Of a stretch of 64,000 bases of DNA, positions 1-12,465 are shown piece by piece (positions within the stretch are counted from its first letter, which is position 1; each line of letters starts with the position of its first letter). This DNA comes from Calcarisporiella thermophila CBS 279.70. Taxonomy: Eukaryota; Fungi; Calcarisporiellomycota. The notes beneath the pieces were generated by a model. That model did not search any database and was not told where the DNA came from. It was given only the letters and a program-made list of their open reading frames with translations. The stretch covers positions 696,068 through 760,067 of the forward strand of contig NW_027192199.1 of assembly GCF_041956535.1 (NCBI RefSeq), given 5' to 3'. The translations under genes and the position numbers were made by a program.

Positions 1-610
1 CACAGCAGAATATTGCTTCCACTTAATTTGGTTGCCCAGTTAAGCGTTTGACAAGAGTATTCTTACGCTCACTACTGATTTTGGAACTCTTACCGAAAGA
101 CAAGAGGGCAAGCATATGGCACATGTATAGCTGCTTATAACAATACTAGCATTGGGATTGCCATAGCCATAATTTGGCTTTAAATTGACCATAGCTTCTC
201 TCTTCTCTTATATTGCCAACGCAACAATATATCATATTGGTTAAATCGGAATCTAGTATTGATGTATATTGATTTTGACTTGGATGCCATTATCTCATTG
301 GGATAAAGAAGTTGTAAAAATACAATTACTAACGAATTTAGTTGAAGAAGATCTAAGCTCCGTCTATGGATGCAAAAGTTCGAAGGCCATTAAAAATTAG
401 AACTTATACGTATATATAGTTTTTTATAAGGCCCGTCAAAATACCTTTCGAAGGGGGCTTTTCTTGAACAAAAACATGAATTTAGAAATTAGACATCAGT
501 TTTCGAATTAAATGCGGCGCAGTGCATTTCCAGCCCCTTTTTCTTGTTCAACGTGTATTTCCAGTGTCTCCATTCATCATTCTTAAGAACCGCATTATAA
601 CGAAGCGCAT

Positions 611-1702
611 ATGTCCGACATACCCTCCTCCCAAAAACTCGAAATAGCCTCGCGTTTTCTTTTGGAGAGTCCTCCAGGAGAAGTGAATGATGTGTTTAAT
701 GGTATCTTTTCTGTTCATCCGATCACTTGATCGCACTGTCTTCATAACCATTACACACATGGTTTATTTTTTGGAAGAGAGTCATCCTGATAAGAATACG
801 AGACTAAAATTTGTAATATTATTATTCAGATATACGCGTATTAGTGAACGATGACGATTTGCTTCAGGAGGGGATTGTGCCGGCGCTGGGAGAGCATAAC
901 ACGGACCAGCTTGTCACAGCACGCGTACCGGATCAGGAGTATGAGGTAGGATTCGTCCTCTGTTTTCACACCTAGGTATCCAAGCGGGATATGTTAATAC
1001 GGAAGAACTTGGTTATTTGAATCAGGTCATCATTACGAAGCATGGGCAGATTGAGGGGGATAGATTTATTGACCCTCGATCGAAGAAGAGCTTCCGGTTC
1101 GACCATTTGCGCCAGGTAGCATCTGAAGTAGAGGAGTGGACGCCCGAGGAATCTACTGAACCACTACGGTATCTTCAACTTTTATGGTATTGCATTCACG
1201 TTACTTAGCTGATTGCCATACTAGGGCTGCGGTTGAAGAGGCTGTGGACGCATATCTCTCCGACCACTATCCTAATGGAGTCTCTTCGGTTTTCGCGCGA
1301 GACGGGAATATCACGGTGGCTATCGTAGACAATAAATACAACCCCACCAACTATTGGAATGGGCGTTGGCGGTCAGTATGGACACTAAATGCTGGAGATT
1401 TGCGTGGATCGATGCATGTGAATGTCCACTACTATGAGGATGGAAACGTGCAACTCACCACGACCAACAGCAAGGAGGCCAACTTGAACTTGTCCTCGGA
1501 TCCAAAAACGGCAGCAAAAACGATTGTGACCGAGATCACTCGTCTTGAATCGGCATTCCAAGGCGCTCTCATTCGCTGCTATTCTGAACTGGCCGAGGAC
1601 ACATTCAAGTCCCTTCGGCGCACGTTACCCGTCACACGTAATAAACTTGATTGGCATAAGATCCTGAACTACAGGATTGGGGAAGAGATCGGGAAGCAAT
1701 GA
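611..1702 (+). CDS. CAP1: F-actin capping protein alpha subunit (4 exons)
   Basis: Spliced translation MSDIPSSQKLEIASRFLLESPPGEVNDVFND-IRVLV...NYWNGRWRSVW...VHYYEDGNVQL...FKSLRRTLPVTRNKLDW; GT-AG introns restore the frame. Confidence 0.95.
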
Positions 1703-2098
1703 GTTGTCTCACGTTTGTATTTTGCCTTTCTTATTTGTGTTTGCTTGTTTGAAATTTGGGCCTTCTTATGAACTCGGAAGCGGAATAATAATAAACGCAT
1801 CTTAACTATTTGTGGGTGAATGAATGAGTGCGTGAGTGAGTGTGTGCCCCCTATGTATATTTATAGCGTATAGAGTATATATATTTTTAAATGTACGAGA
1901 TTTAGGCAAATTAAGTATAAATGTGTGAGAAAGAAAGTAAATATAATAGAAGACGGTAAGGCGGCTATGACTCGAAAATACAAAACCCATCGACCATAGC
2001 ATGAAAAAACCCGGGTGGAGAATATAAACAACACATCAAACCATTCACACCCCGAATATCAGATCCCATACATACAGAGTTGGTGGCTCTCGACACCT

Positions 2099-3058
2099 TT
2101 ACACCGTGAGCCGGTCTTTACCGTGGGGGCCGCTCTTCTGTGCGTCCGAATGTGACTGGAACTCAAGGATGTTATTGGGTGGGATATTGAGGGTCTCCTT
2201 AAGCTGCCGGCTAAAAATCAAAAACAGAGGCCAGCCAGAAATGAAAAAGTGAGATATTGCTACGCAACCTGATCCCTCAGGTAGCGTTTACATACCCAAT
2301 TTTTTCCGTCACCTCTCGGTTGTTAGATGTCCGTGTCCACAGGGATATCCGATAGAAGATTTTGCGCACTGAAACAACCGCCCCGCAAATTTCATCGTCT
2401 GCATCGAAGGCCTCGCCAATACACGCCAGCACCTATATGGACCATCAGAGTCAGGAACTGAACCAAGATACTCGAAAAAACCAAATGGTATTTACAGTGT
2501 AAAGCCAGTAGTTGTTGATCTCTTCTCCAGTTCTGTTTCTTGGGAACTGAATGGACCATTTGCCTCCCTTTTCATTCGCAGCATCCTCCCACATAGGTTT
2601 GATGTCTTTCTTGAACAGGTGGTAATTCGAGCCGATTCCGATCTCGCTTGCTTTTGCAACATTGTTGTATACACTACAAGAATTCCGAGAGGTTAAATCA
2701 GAAATGTCGGCGAATGGAAAAGGAAACAATTATAGAGATAGGCAGAGAATACGCACCACCAAAAATCCTCCACTGTGCTGAAAGTGATCAACTCTCTCAG
2801 ATTTTGCGACCACGATGCGGTGCTTGCCTTCTTTCCAGGGTTGTCGAACCAGAGTGTCCACGAATTCTGTAGCCTATACATGAATACGAATCACATGGTT
2901 AACTCATGAAATCTGGCAACCCTTCGTCAGAGGCCGTGGGCAAAGGGGTTTATTTACTTGTGCTTAGCATTAAATCTCTTGGGATCATCAAACACCGTCA
3001 CATATTCATTGGTGTTAGCCGGAGGCTCGGTTACATTTAATGGCTCTTGGACAGACAT
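2099..3058 (-). CDS. TIF45: Eukaryotic translation initiation factor 4E
   Basis: LQNSWTLWFD, TVEDFW, YHLFKKDIKPMWEDAANEKGGKW and YWLY motifs with the conserved Trp residues; multi-exon. Confidence 0.93.
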
Positions 3059-3607
3059 TATGTAGTAGAAATGGATAAGAAAAGAGAGTAAACACGAGGG
3101 ATAATGGATCTAGTTGCTTCACGGAGTTTATCTAGATGAAGACCAATTTCGTTGGGAATTATCGAGAACCCTGAGATAGAACAAAAAAAACAAGTTGTGT
3201 ATGCGTACGAAGCTATCTCGGGAATCGAGATAAAAATAGCGGAACTCGGATAACCGATGGATAGCCCCATGGAGAAGCATGCTCAACGCCACACCTAGGC
3301 AAACACCTATACGCCTATAACGGGCCCTCTACACCGTTTTGAACCTTGTCGCTTTTTAATTCTTCTGCCCTCCATTAACGCCCGTTGTTCCCTCCATTGT
3401 GTTTTTCGGCATCCAAGGCAATTCCATAGCACTTAGTATAAAGCTATAATAGGTAAGTGTTTGCTCTTATCCGTAGTGCATATTCAGCGGTCGGTTTTCT
3501 GAAATGGACGCTCCCTTGGGTGAATATTATCACTCTACATAGAAACCTCCCCCGGACACTTTTTCTTTTTATCGCAACCCATTCTAGCAACAGTACATGC
3601 GCTTGTA

Positions 3608-6600
3608 ATGGCAGAAACCTCTACGAATATCCCAGACTCCACCACGCCTGTTTATCAGTTTGATCCCGATGCATCTCCCGATGAAAAAGCGCGTCAAATA
3701 GACCAGGAGAAGCCTAAAGAGGTTCCGGACCGCGAAGCGCTTCGGAGGGCAGCCAAAGTCGATGTACAGAGCTCCCTTGACGGACAAACCGAAAAGCCGG
3801 CTTCGGGGGCTGAGTTGGATGGTAAGCATGATAACATGGCGCCATCGGATCTAGCTATGCCGGCGGCTTTTCCCACTGGGGGAAACAAGGAAATTCCGGA
3901 ATGGTTAGAGCGCCTGGACATACAACCGCCGAATAGCACCAGGGAGGCGCTGCAGGAGAATAAATCGCAAGACCTGGTGGAAGAGCTGTTAGGAGATGCC
4001 TATTACGGTCAAATATGGTTCAATATCGGGGCGATTATAGGAGCGATCATAGTCACCTATCTTTTGAGCATCCTTGGTGCGGGCGTGATGTTGTGCTTGA
4101 TTTTTGGCGCGTTGTTTGGTATGCAGATAAATAATTTTGCAGAGGTTTTCATCTATGCTCGAGTTTCTTATCGCTAACCACTACGAATGCACCCCTACCC
4201 AGCCATCTACTACTCAACGTCAATCAAATACACACGAATGAACGTGCGTGAAGCGATTGCTCGCGATCTGGCAAAACAGCGTCTTGACACGGATGACGAG
4301 TCTGCGGGATGGATTAATAATTTCCTGGAGCGATTTTGGGTCGTGTTTGAACCGGAGCTGTGCGCGCAAGTTGTCGCCCAGGTGGATGCGGTGCTCGCCA
4401 ACATGAAGCCAGCATTCATTGAAGAACTGCGTATCACCACCTTTACACTGGGGAACAAAGCCCCCCGCGTGGAAGCGGTGAAGACTTTCCAACGCACGGA
4501 TTCCGACATTGTCGCCATGGATTGGCTCGTTTGTTTTATTCCAAATGATTTGCAAGATATCCCTGCCACGGAAGCCGCAGAAAAAGTAAATCCCAAGATC
4601 ATCCTGACCGCCACCGTACCCCTTGGCAAATTCAAGCTCAATATCCCTGTGGTGATGCAAGATTTTGCCTTCCGTAGTAGAATGCGCATTAAGCTCAAGC
4701 TTATGAACGCATTCCCGCACATCAAGACGGTGGATGTCAGCTTTTTGACTCGGCCTGAGCTGGACTATGTGATGAAACCGTTTGGAGGCGAAAACAGTCT
4801 ATTTGATGTGAATTACGTACGTCTACAGTAATTTGGGAAGGTTTTTTTTTATTGTGCATGCTAACTTGATTGTTTGCTCCCCCCTCCCCTCCCCCTTTAA
4901 GATTCCCGGACTTTCTGCCTTTGTTGACAGCCAAGTGCATGAAATCCTTGGACCGCTGTTTTATGCGCCCAACGTCTATTCTCTGGATCTTGATGCAATA
5001 ATGAATCCCGATATGCCCATCGACAGCGCTCGTGGTGTGCTTCAGATTATGGTGCATAGTGCGAACGTCAAAAACAAGGAGTTGATTGGCAAGTCGGATC
5101 CGTACGTGAAGTTGTCATTGAGTGGGAAAGAACTGTCTCGAACCTCGGTCAAGGAAGACACGTGGGTTTTTGTCTTTCAACCTTTTGCGCTCGCGACTAA
5201 CCCTCTGAACCTCTTGCTTGTTTTGCAGATCGAATCCTCAGTGGAATGAGACCAAGTTCCTCCTGATCAATAACATCAATAGTGTGCTTTCCTTTGATAT
5301 CATGGATTGCAACTTCAAGATGAAAGACAAACTCATGGGCACTGCCAACTTTGATATGAAGGTGTTGGAGGAAGATCCCACCAAGGATGACCTGATGCTG
5401 GAGTTGAAGCATGGGAGCAAGCGTGTGGGCGAATTGAAGGTCGACATGATCTACCACCCGGTGTTCATCCCCAAGAAACTAGAGGACGGTTCGATGGAGG
5501 AGGCCCCCAAATCAAGTAAGTTCCCTTCATTGTGGGCATTGGTGTGCGGATCCCAATTGATCCATGAACCTTGTTAATTTTATCTAGAAATTGGGGTGCT
5601 TCGACTCACCATTCACCAGGCGGCTGAGCTAAAGGGGAAAGGCAAGCGTAATGCTTATGCGATCTTTAAACTCAATGGGGTGGAGCAGCATCGCACCAAA
5701 ATTTTCAAAAAATCGAATGCCCCGGTGTGGGAGCAATCGTTCGAGGTCTTCGTCGTGGATCACGCCCGGGCTAACCTGCAAATTGAAGTTATGGATAATG
5801 TGATGGGCCGCGATAATACGATCGGCAATGTCACCATCACGCTGAAGGAGCTGTTGGCGACTTTGGAAACAGGCCAAGACTGGTTCCCGCTCACCGGTGG
5901 CGACGGGAAATTGCGGCTAGGGGGCACATGGCGCCCAGTGCTGATGGATTCCATCATGGGCCTGGGCCACGGATTCGCAGGGCCGCCGATTGGGGTGGTG
6001 AAGATCAAGTGCATCGAGGCCCGGGACCTTAAGAATGTGGAGGCTGTCACGGGCGGCAAATCGGATCCCTATGTCCGCGTGCTGAGTGGCGTGCAGATGC
6101 GAGGCCGAACCGACTACATCCCCGACGATTTGAATCCGGTATGGAACGAATCTCTCTATGTACCCATCCACAGTGCTCGCGAAGACCTGCGCCTCGAGGC
6201 CATGGACTACCAGAAGTTGACCAAGCATCGTAGTCTTGGCGTGACCACACTTGAGGTGAAGGACTTGATTGAGTTTGAGGAAACGGCCGAGGGCACCCTT
6301 TACAAGGCCGGAAAAGTCATCGACACCTGGCTCAAACTGGGTAGCTTGGATCGCAAGTCGTTTAAGGGCGAGCTGCATATCGAGGCCTCATTTTACCCTA
6401 CAGCCGAAGTACCGGATGAGGAAGCCGCACAAGCAGAAGCCACGGCGACAACCACTGCGGCTGGGGAAGGAGAAAAGCGGTCGGAAGGGGAGGGAGAGGA
6501 AGAGAAGAAGGCGGACGAGGAGAAGAGGCCCGAGAATGGGGACAAATTGGCTCAGGGTGAAGCGGCAAATCCGAAGGACGGGCACATTGAACCCGCTTCG

Positions 6601-8455
6601 AATCAGCCAGATAACAAGTCGGAGGGAGACGAGGGGGAGAAGGTGAAGAAGCAGCGCATTGTGAAGAAGTCTGACATTCTTCAGCACCAAGCAGGAGTGG
6701 CCATTATCTCCATCCACGAAGTCAAGCTCCAGAGGCGGGCCCATGCCTATTGCGAGGTGTATGTGGATTCCAATTACTCACAGTGGAAGACGGCCAAGAT
6801 AAAAGGAGACACGCTTCATTTTGAAGAGAGTAAGTGGAGACACGGGTTGGCCCGTAGCTCTCGTATTTGACTCATTTATTCTCTTGACGCGTAGCCGCCG
6901 ATGCGTTTGTGAAAGAACTCGATTTTTCCGAAATCCGCATCATTGTGCGAAACCATAGCGGAGACGAAAAGGATAGCGCCGTTGCCACCTGGGAGGCGAA
7001 TGTGAAGCAACTAATACAACAAGCCAAAGTACGTAGGCTCTTGCTTTTTTTTTTCCTCCTTAACCCGAACATTGACCCGTTCTCATTTCCTCTTTCATTT
7101 CAGTCCGTTCAAACGGAAACCGGAGAATGGTTTAATTTCGAGGAAGGGCAGATACGACTCTCCCTGAAGTATATTCCGGTGTTAGATTTCGTGCTAGATC
7201 CAGCCGAGAGCATCGACAGTGAGTGACTGGGCTCTCACTTTCCCCGTGTATTTTGCTGCTTACACGTGGTCGTTTTGTTTGTATTTACTAGATCAAGGCC
7301 AGCTGCAGGTAACCCTTCTTAACTGCAGGAACCTCCCGGCTGCAGATCGGGGCGGTACGAGCGATCCATACGTCGTGTTTAGTCTTAACGGCGAGCGCCT
7401 CTACAAGTCCGATGTGGCGAAGAAGACGCTCAACCCCGACTATCAGAATTCAATATTTGTTGCCCCTGTGGTATGTTCACCCTTCTATTCGGTATCCGTT
7501 TGGGACGAGGTTATTTATTCTTTATCCATTTTGCCTTCCGATCTAGCCCTCCCGAATCGATGCCAAGTTTACCGCCGATGTGTTTGACCAGGATGTGGTC
7601 GGCAAAGATGATTTCCTGGGCTCGGCCGACATCGACCTTGCCTCTATCGAGCCGTTCACCGCCGCGACGTATGATTATGTGTTATTGGGTGAGTCGGGCG
7701 ACAAAGTGGGAACGATCAAGCTACGGCTGCTGTTCCAACCGGAGAGACTCGCTCCGAAACAGCGCCGCACGGGGACCTTCTCGTCCGCCACCCGGATTAT
7801 GACGAGTGCACCACGCAAGACCTTCTCGGGGGCGAAGCACGTGGTGAAAGGAGGAGCCGGGGCGGTCACGTCGGGCTTCGGGCTGTTCAAACACAAGACC
7901 AAGAACGGATCGATCTCGGAGGTCGTTCCCGACAACGGCGCCGCCCCCAACTCTACAACGCCTATGCCTAGCAGCATGTCAGTGCAGTCGATGGAGGGAG
8001 CGGTAAAGCCGGCCTCTGTGGTTAGTGCCACCGCATCGCTGGCGTCCAACGCGGCGGACGAGGACACGTTAACGGGGTCGCCAGGCGACCTCACCATCAC
8101 GGTTGTCGAGGCCAAGGATCTCATCGGCGCCGATAAGAATGGCCTCTCGGATCCTTATGTCAAATTGTACCTTGGCTCGCGTCAAATCCACAAGACAAAG
8201 CACCAGAAGAAGACGCTGGAGCCGCGGTGGAACGAGACGGTCCGGGTCCCGAACCTCGACGGCTCTCCTGCCAAGCTTCGCCTCCAAGTGAAGGACCACA
8301 ACACGTTCTCCCGAAGCGATGCGATCGGCACGGCCGACATCCGAGTCTGGGAGCACGTGCAGATGAGCCACCCCACCGCCGACGTGTGGGTGCCGCTGCG
8401 GAACGGGGGAAACGGTAAAGTGCACCTCAAGCTGGAGTTTAAGCCGGCGAATTGA
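3608..8455 (+). CDS. TCB: Tricalbin / extended synaptotagmin (TM, SMP domain, multiple C2 domains)
   Basis: N-terminal hydrophobic hairpin; SMP motif ESAGWINNFLERFWVVFEP; repeated C2 motifs (GKSDPYV, GTSDPYV, GLSDPYV...KKTLEPRWNE). Confidence 0.92.
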
Positions 8456-9757
8456 TCCGGCCAAGGAAGGTTATTCCTCGTCGTCATCTCACATCCCCTT
8501 ATTTTTTTCAGCCTTTTTTGTCTTATTGAATATGCTTCAATCCATGTATCTTATCACCTGCTATGTTTATTATTGGCCCCTTCCCCCCCCCCCCCGTGTC
8601 AATTCTTCTCAAATTATCTGTGAAATATGAAATACTGTTCAAGTGTGGGAGGGCGAGGGATCGCCCGCTCCCTCTTGTTCATTGGAAGAGATGCGGCTGA
8701 GTAAAATGAAGAATATCCTTTTGTTGGGGGAGGCGTGATCCGCCTCAACATTAAACTGGAAGCATTGGTTGGATTGTCGTGGGCAAGCCAATCAAAAGCA
8801 ACTCGGTTCTGTTGCTTTCCTCATATGCCAGCAAGATGACAATAGGATTCGGCCTACAGGCCGCAGCACAGCGGGCCAATGCAGGCCGCTCGTCATACCC
8901 TTGACACTCGCCTAATCGGGCGACGTTTGAGTTTGGCCTCCCTGCATTCGAAAGAGTTATCTAGAGCTGCATCCTCGTCGCACCGCGGCACAGCCCAGGT
9001 CTTCCGCGCTAGCTTCTTTTGAGCAGGCGGATCTCTCCACCCTCTGAACAGCGAGGGGGGTCGATGGCGAGGATCGGATGCAGCACGAGGAGCCCTATCG
9101 GCGATAGCAGGCAGAAGGGATCCCTTCGTCTATCTCGAGGCACAGCAGCTCTTCCCGCGTCTGGCCGCCGCGTCTCAAGGGGGAGAAAGCCGAAGGAGGA
9201 TTCCGGAGGGGTGCCATGCTGTGCTCTCCAAACAGAACCCCTCAGGCTATCAGATGGATGGATATGGAAATCCGCAATCCCTCATCCTCGTGACGTGAGA
9301 AACTGGAATCCCGACCCAGATAGAGAGGGCGTGATTCCTGGCTCCGTGCGAGAAAATGAGAGGGGCGGAGGGGATTGCATAGAAGCTTTGAGAGGTTTTG
9401 GACCTATTGGGCGGCAGAGCAAGAGAATATCTCGGGTGCGTGGTGTAACGTGAAACTCCGGGTGTGACGTCTGCATCTCTCCTTATCTCTCCCCATAATT
9501 TTTTTTGTTTGTTCCTCCCGCTTAACACGTCTCAAGCCTTCTTAAACCTGTAAATTCCCACCTGATCGATTCGTTACCACTGCTAATCGATAAACTGACA
9601 TGACACGTAGCACAGAAACCTTTATCTTCTCCCCCCTTGAGTCAAGTTCCGAGTTCTTCCTTCGAGAATATAAAACTTTCCCTTTGCTTTATTTTTTCCT
9701 CTTCCATTTCTTCCGTACCATGGGAACACTGCTCAAACCTTGCCATTCTTTGCATCC

Positions 9758-10945
9758 ATGAAAACCACAGCCTCATCTCCCCTTTCCCACTTCCATGCGG
9801 GCCAGAAACGGCCCTTCTCAAAGGCTCGATCCAGCTCTATACCCGCCACCACCAGTGCTGTTTTGGGCTATCTCCTCGATCTTGGCGTGCAAACAAGGCT
9901 GCGCCGCGCAGATATTCTCCTGGATAGGAATGTCACTACCGAGGCCAAGGGTGGGCGTGCAGTCGAATCGGTGATTTCCGGTGAGTTTATTTATCAGTCT
10001 GTAGCCAGCCACTCGCACGACTAACATCGTCATTTGTAATGGCAGCGATTTTGAGTTCTCGCCAGGCATCCCTTTGTAGGTTACCTCTGCGGACGCTTCA
10101 GCGGCTTTGTGTTTATCATCTGCTTGGCCAACTATTCCCCTCTTCCTCCGCCCCAACTCTCTCCCACCCCTGCACCTCCTCGCACCGCCTTGCCGACTCG
10201 ATACCCGTTCTCCTGCGATTGAGTGCTTCGCTGTTTCGGCAGCTGATTGAAGACGACTCTGTCGCCAATGATAAGGCGAAGCATCAGGTTCGACCCGAGG
10301 AATGGTATCGCCTGCTCTATGCTTTCATTCAACAAGCCGCATTGGAAGCCATCAGGAACGGGGAGGGAGTAAGCGGGGTTGCCGCCGTGTTTGCATATGG
10401 AGAGGTGGCACGCGAAGACGACGAAGAGGATGACGAAGAGGAAGAGGAGGAGGAGGAGGAGGAGGACAGCGATGACGAGGAAGGAGACGACTGGGAATGG
10501 GAGGGCATCGCACTGAAGAAGGCGGACCACCACCTACTCTTCTCCGACACGGAGCACATGCGCTTGTTCACCCAGCAGTTGAAGGAGCTTAAGCAGGAGG
10601 TATGTATTGAGATTGCTCTCTCGGCTTTTGTCTCCTCCTCCTGGACCCATTGACCAATGGCATCTCCAATAGCTTATCTCAGCGATGGAGGAAAATCAGC
10701 CCGAGCGCCTCATTTCCAAATATCCAATGCGCAATCTCCAGCTAGCCTTCCGCGACTACGTTACGCTTTTCCTAAGCATCCTGGAGCCTACCACGCCACT
10801 CTCCCTCGAGAGCCATCCGTTTGCGATAGCCTCCACCTCGTTCGCCGAATTCTCAAGCGAGCGGGCCATGCTGATGCCTGAGGTGGACTCCGATGATGAA
10901 GAGGAGGAGGGCCCATTGAAGGGGAAGAGGATAAGGAGGAGTTGA
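9758..10945 (+). CDS. Hypothetical protein with acidic tract (3 exons)
   Basis: Three ORFs are joined in frame by GT-AG introns (about 9981-10045 and 10600-10671); poly-E/D run; no recognised domain. Confidence 0.65.
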
Positions 10946-11748
10946 GCGAAGGAAAAAGAGGAAGAAAACAGATGACAATTGACTCTCATACTTGTGCATA
11001 TTTAATCTTCATATGTATCATGCTAATGCCTGTTTGTTTTTTTTTTGTGTATATTTCTGCCACTTTTCTATATTATACGCATTACTCTCGTTCAATAAAT
11101 CACTAGAGGATACGACCCAGTCATGCTGTCAGGGCGGGGGAGGGAGGGGGGACGTTCTCCCGTGTTGTGTGCATTGCTTTGCTGACACAGCCTGAGCATA
11201 ATAAAAAGAAGAAAGTTGACGAGCATTTATTTACTGGTGTACAAAAAAGGCAACCAAGAAGCGACCGCAGAGGGAAGAAAGATCGTCAGATGACTCTTCG
11301 GCTTATACGGAGTGGAAGTAGAAGGATAAATATTTATAAAGAGAACGCTAAGAAAACTATATGAATACTAATCCCTTAACAATAAAAGCCTATTAGTTCC
11401 GTTCGAAGAGGCTTTAGGAATGGCTCTTCGGACCATAAGGAAGCAATGGAGAGGAAACAAAAAGACAAAAATAAAAACAATACTATAGGCTGTTCAACAG
11501 CAACAGAGAGGAGCGGAAACGAGATGAAACGTGAAAAAACATAGCACAAAGGGGAGGGATGGCGGTGCGGGTGCGGGAAATCTACTAATAGCTGGTGTAG
11601 TCCACCTGCTCGTTTCAAGTCTCATGTCCTTGTTGAAGATGGGCTCCCTCCGTGGTTGAATTGGTTCGGCTGAATAAACATCTTTTCCTCGTCTGTCCCC
11701 TTTCTCTCCCCCTCGCCCTCTGAGTCCATATTCGGAGCTAGCGCTGGG

Positions 11749-12465
11749 TTAGGATCCCGAGGTTTCGTTCGCTGAGGCCGCCAGGATCTTGGACGTGAGG
11801 GCCTTGTGCGCCTGCACCAATTGCTCCTCCAGCTTCTTGACACGCTCCGCCCACTCCTTGTCACGGGCCTCCAGATTTCCTTTCTCGCTCTCAAGCACCG
11901 CGACCCGCAACACTAAGCTGGAGTTCTCCGTCTCCAGCTCCGTGACCCGCCGCTCGAGCGACTCCATCTTCAGCATCTTCTTCAAGCGCGAGCGCCGGGC
12001 CGCGTCGGTGTTCTTCTGTCGCTTCCGACGAAGCGCCTCCTGCACGGCCGGATCGTTGGGGTCGCGACGCGACGGCTTGCGGGCGCCGCCCCCTCCTCCC
12101 CCTCCCCCGGTGGGGGTGGTGTCCGTGGAGGATAAGGAGGAGGCCTGCGGTTGGTCCGTGTCGTTGGGCAGCAGCGAGGAGTTCTGCAGAGAGTTCACAT
12201 TGAGAGCAGCGAGGTCATCGAACAGAGGATGGGCCATCCATTCATCGGCGGCGGTCATTTCGGGGCTGAGAAGGTCGGCGGGGGAGAGCAGAGAGGAGGC
12301 GGCAAGCGAGGGGGTGAATTCGGGGGTGTTGATCGCCAGCAGCTCGACGAGCGAGGTGGGGGCGCTAGCCCCAGCGGCGGGCAGCGAGGGCATTTGGAAT
12401 GTGTAGGAGATGGGCTCGTCGTCTTTGAAGGAGGGAGAGGTGGGAGAAAGCTCGCATGGTGGCAT
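11749..12465 (-). CDS. Gcn4/Cpc1-like bZIP transcription factor (true start 12465 or 12393)
   Basis: Basic region RRKRQKNTDAARRSRLKK followed by a leucine zipper; W-x-x-x-x-LF acidic activation-like motif (DEWMAHPLFDDL). Confidence 0.85.
   Translation of the reverse strand: MPPCELSPTSPSFKDDEPISYTFQMPSLPAAGASAPTSLVELLAINTPEFTPSLAASSLLSPADLLSPEMTAADEWMAHPLFDDLAALNVNSLQNSSLLPNDTDQPQASSLSSTDTTPTGGGGGGGGARKPSRRDPNDPAVQEALRRKRQKNTDAARRSRLKKMLKMESLERRVTELETENSSLVLRVAVLESEKGNLEARDKEWAERVKKLEEQLVQAHKALTSKILAASANETSGS

Noticed and set aside
1-300. Possible first exon of a minus-strand gene (ATG near 192, GTAAGA donor near 93)
   Set aside because: No recognisable protein similarity, and the rest would lie outside the window.
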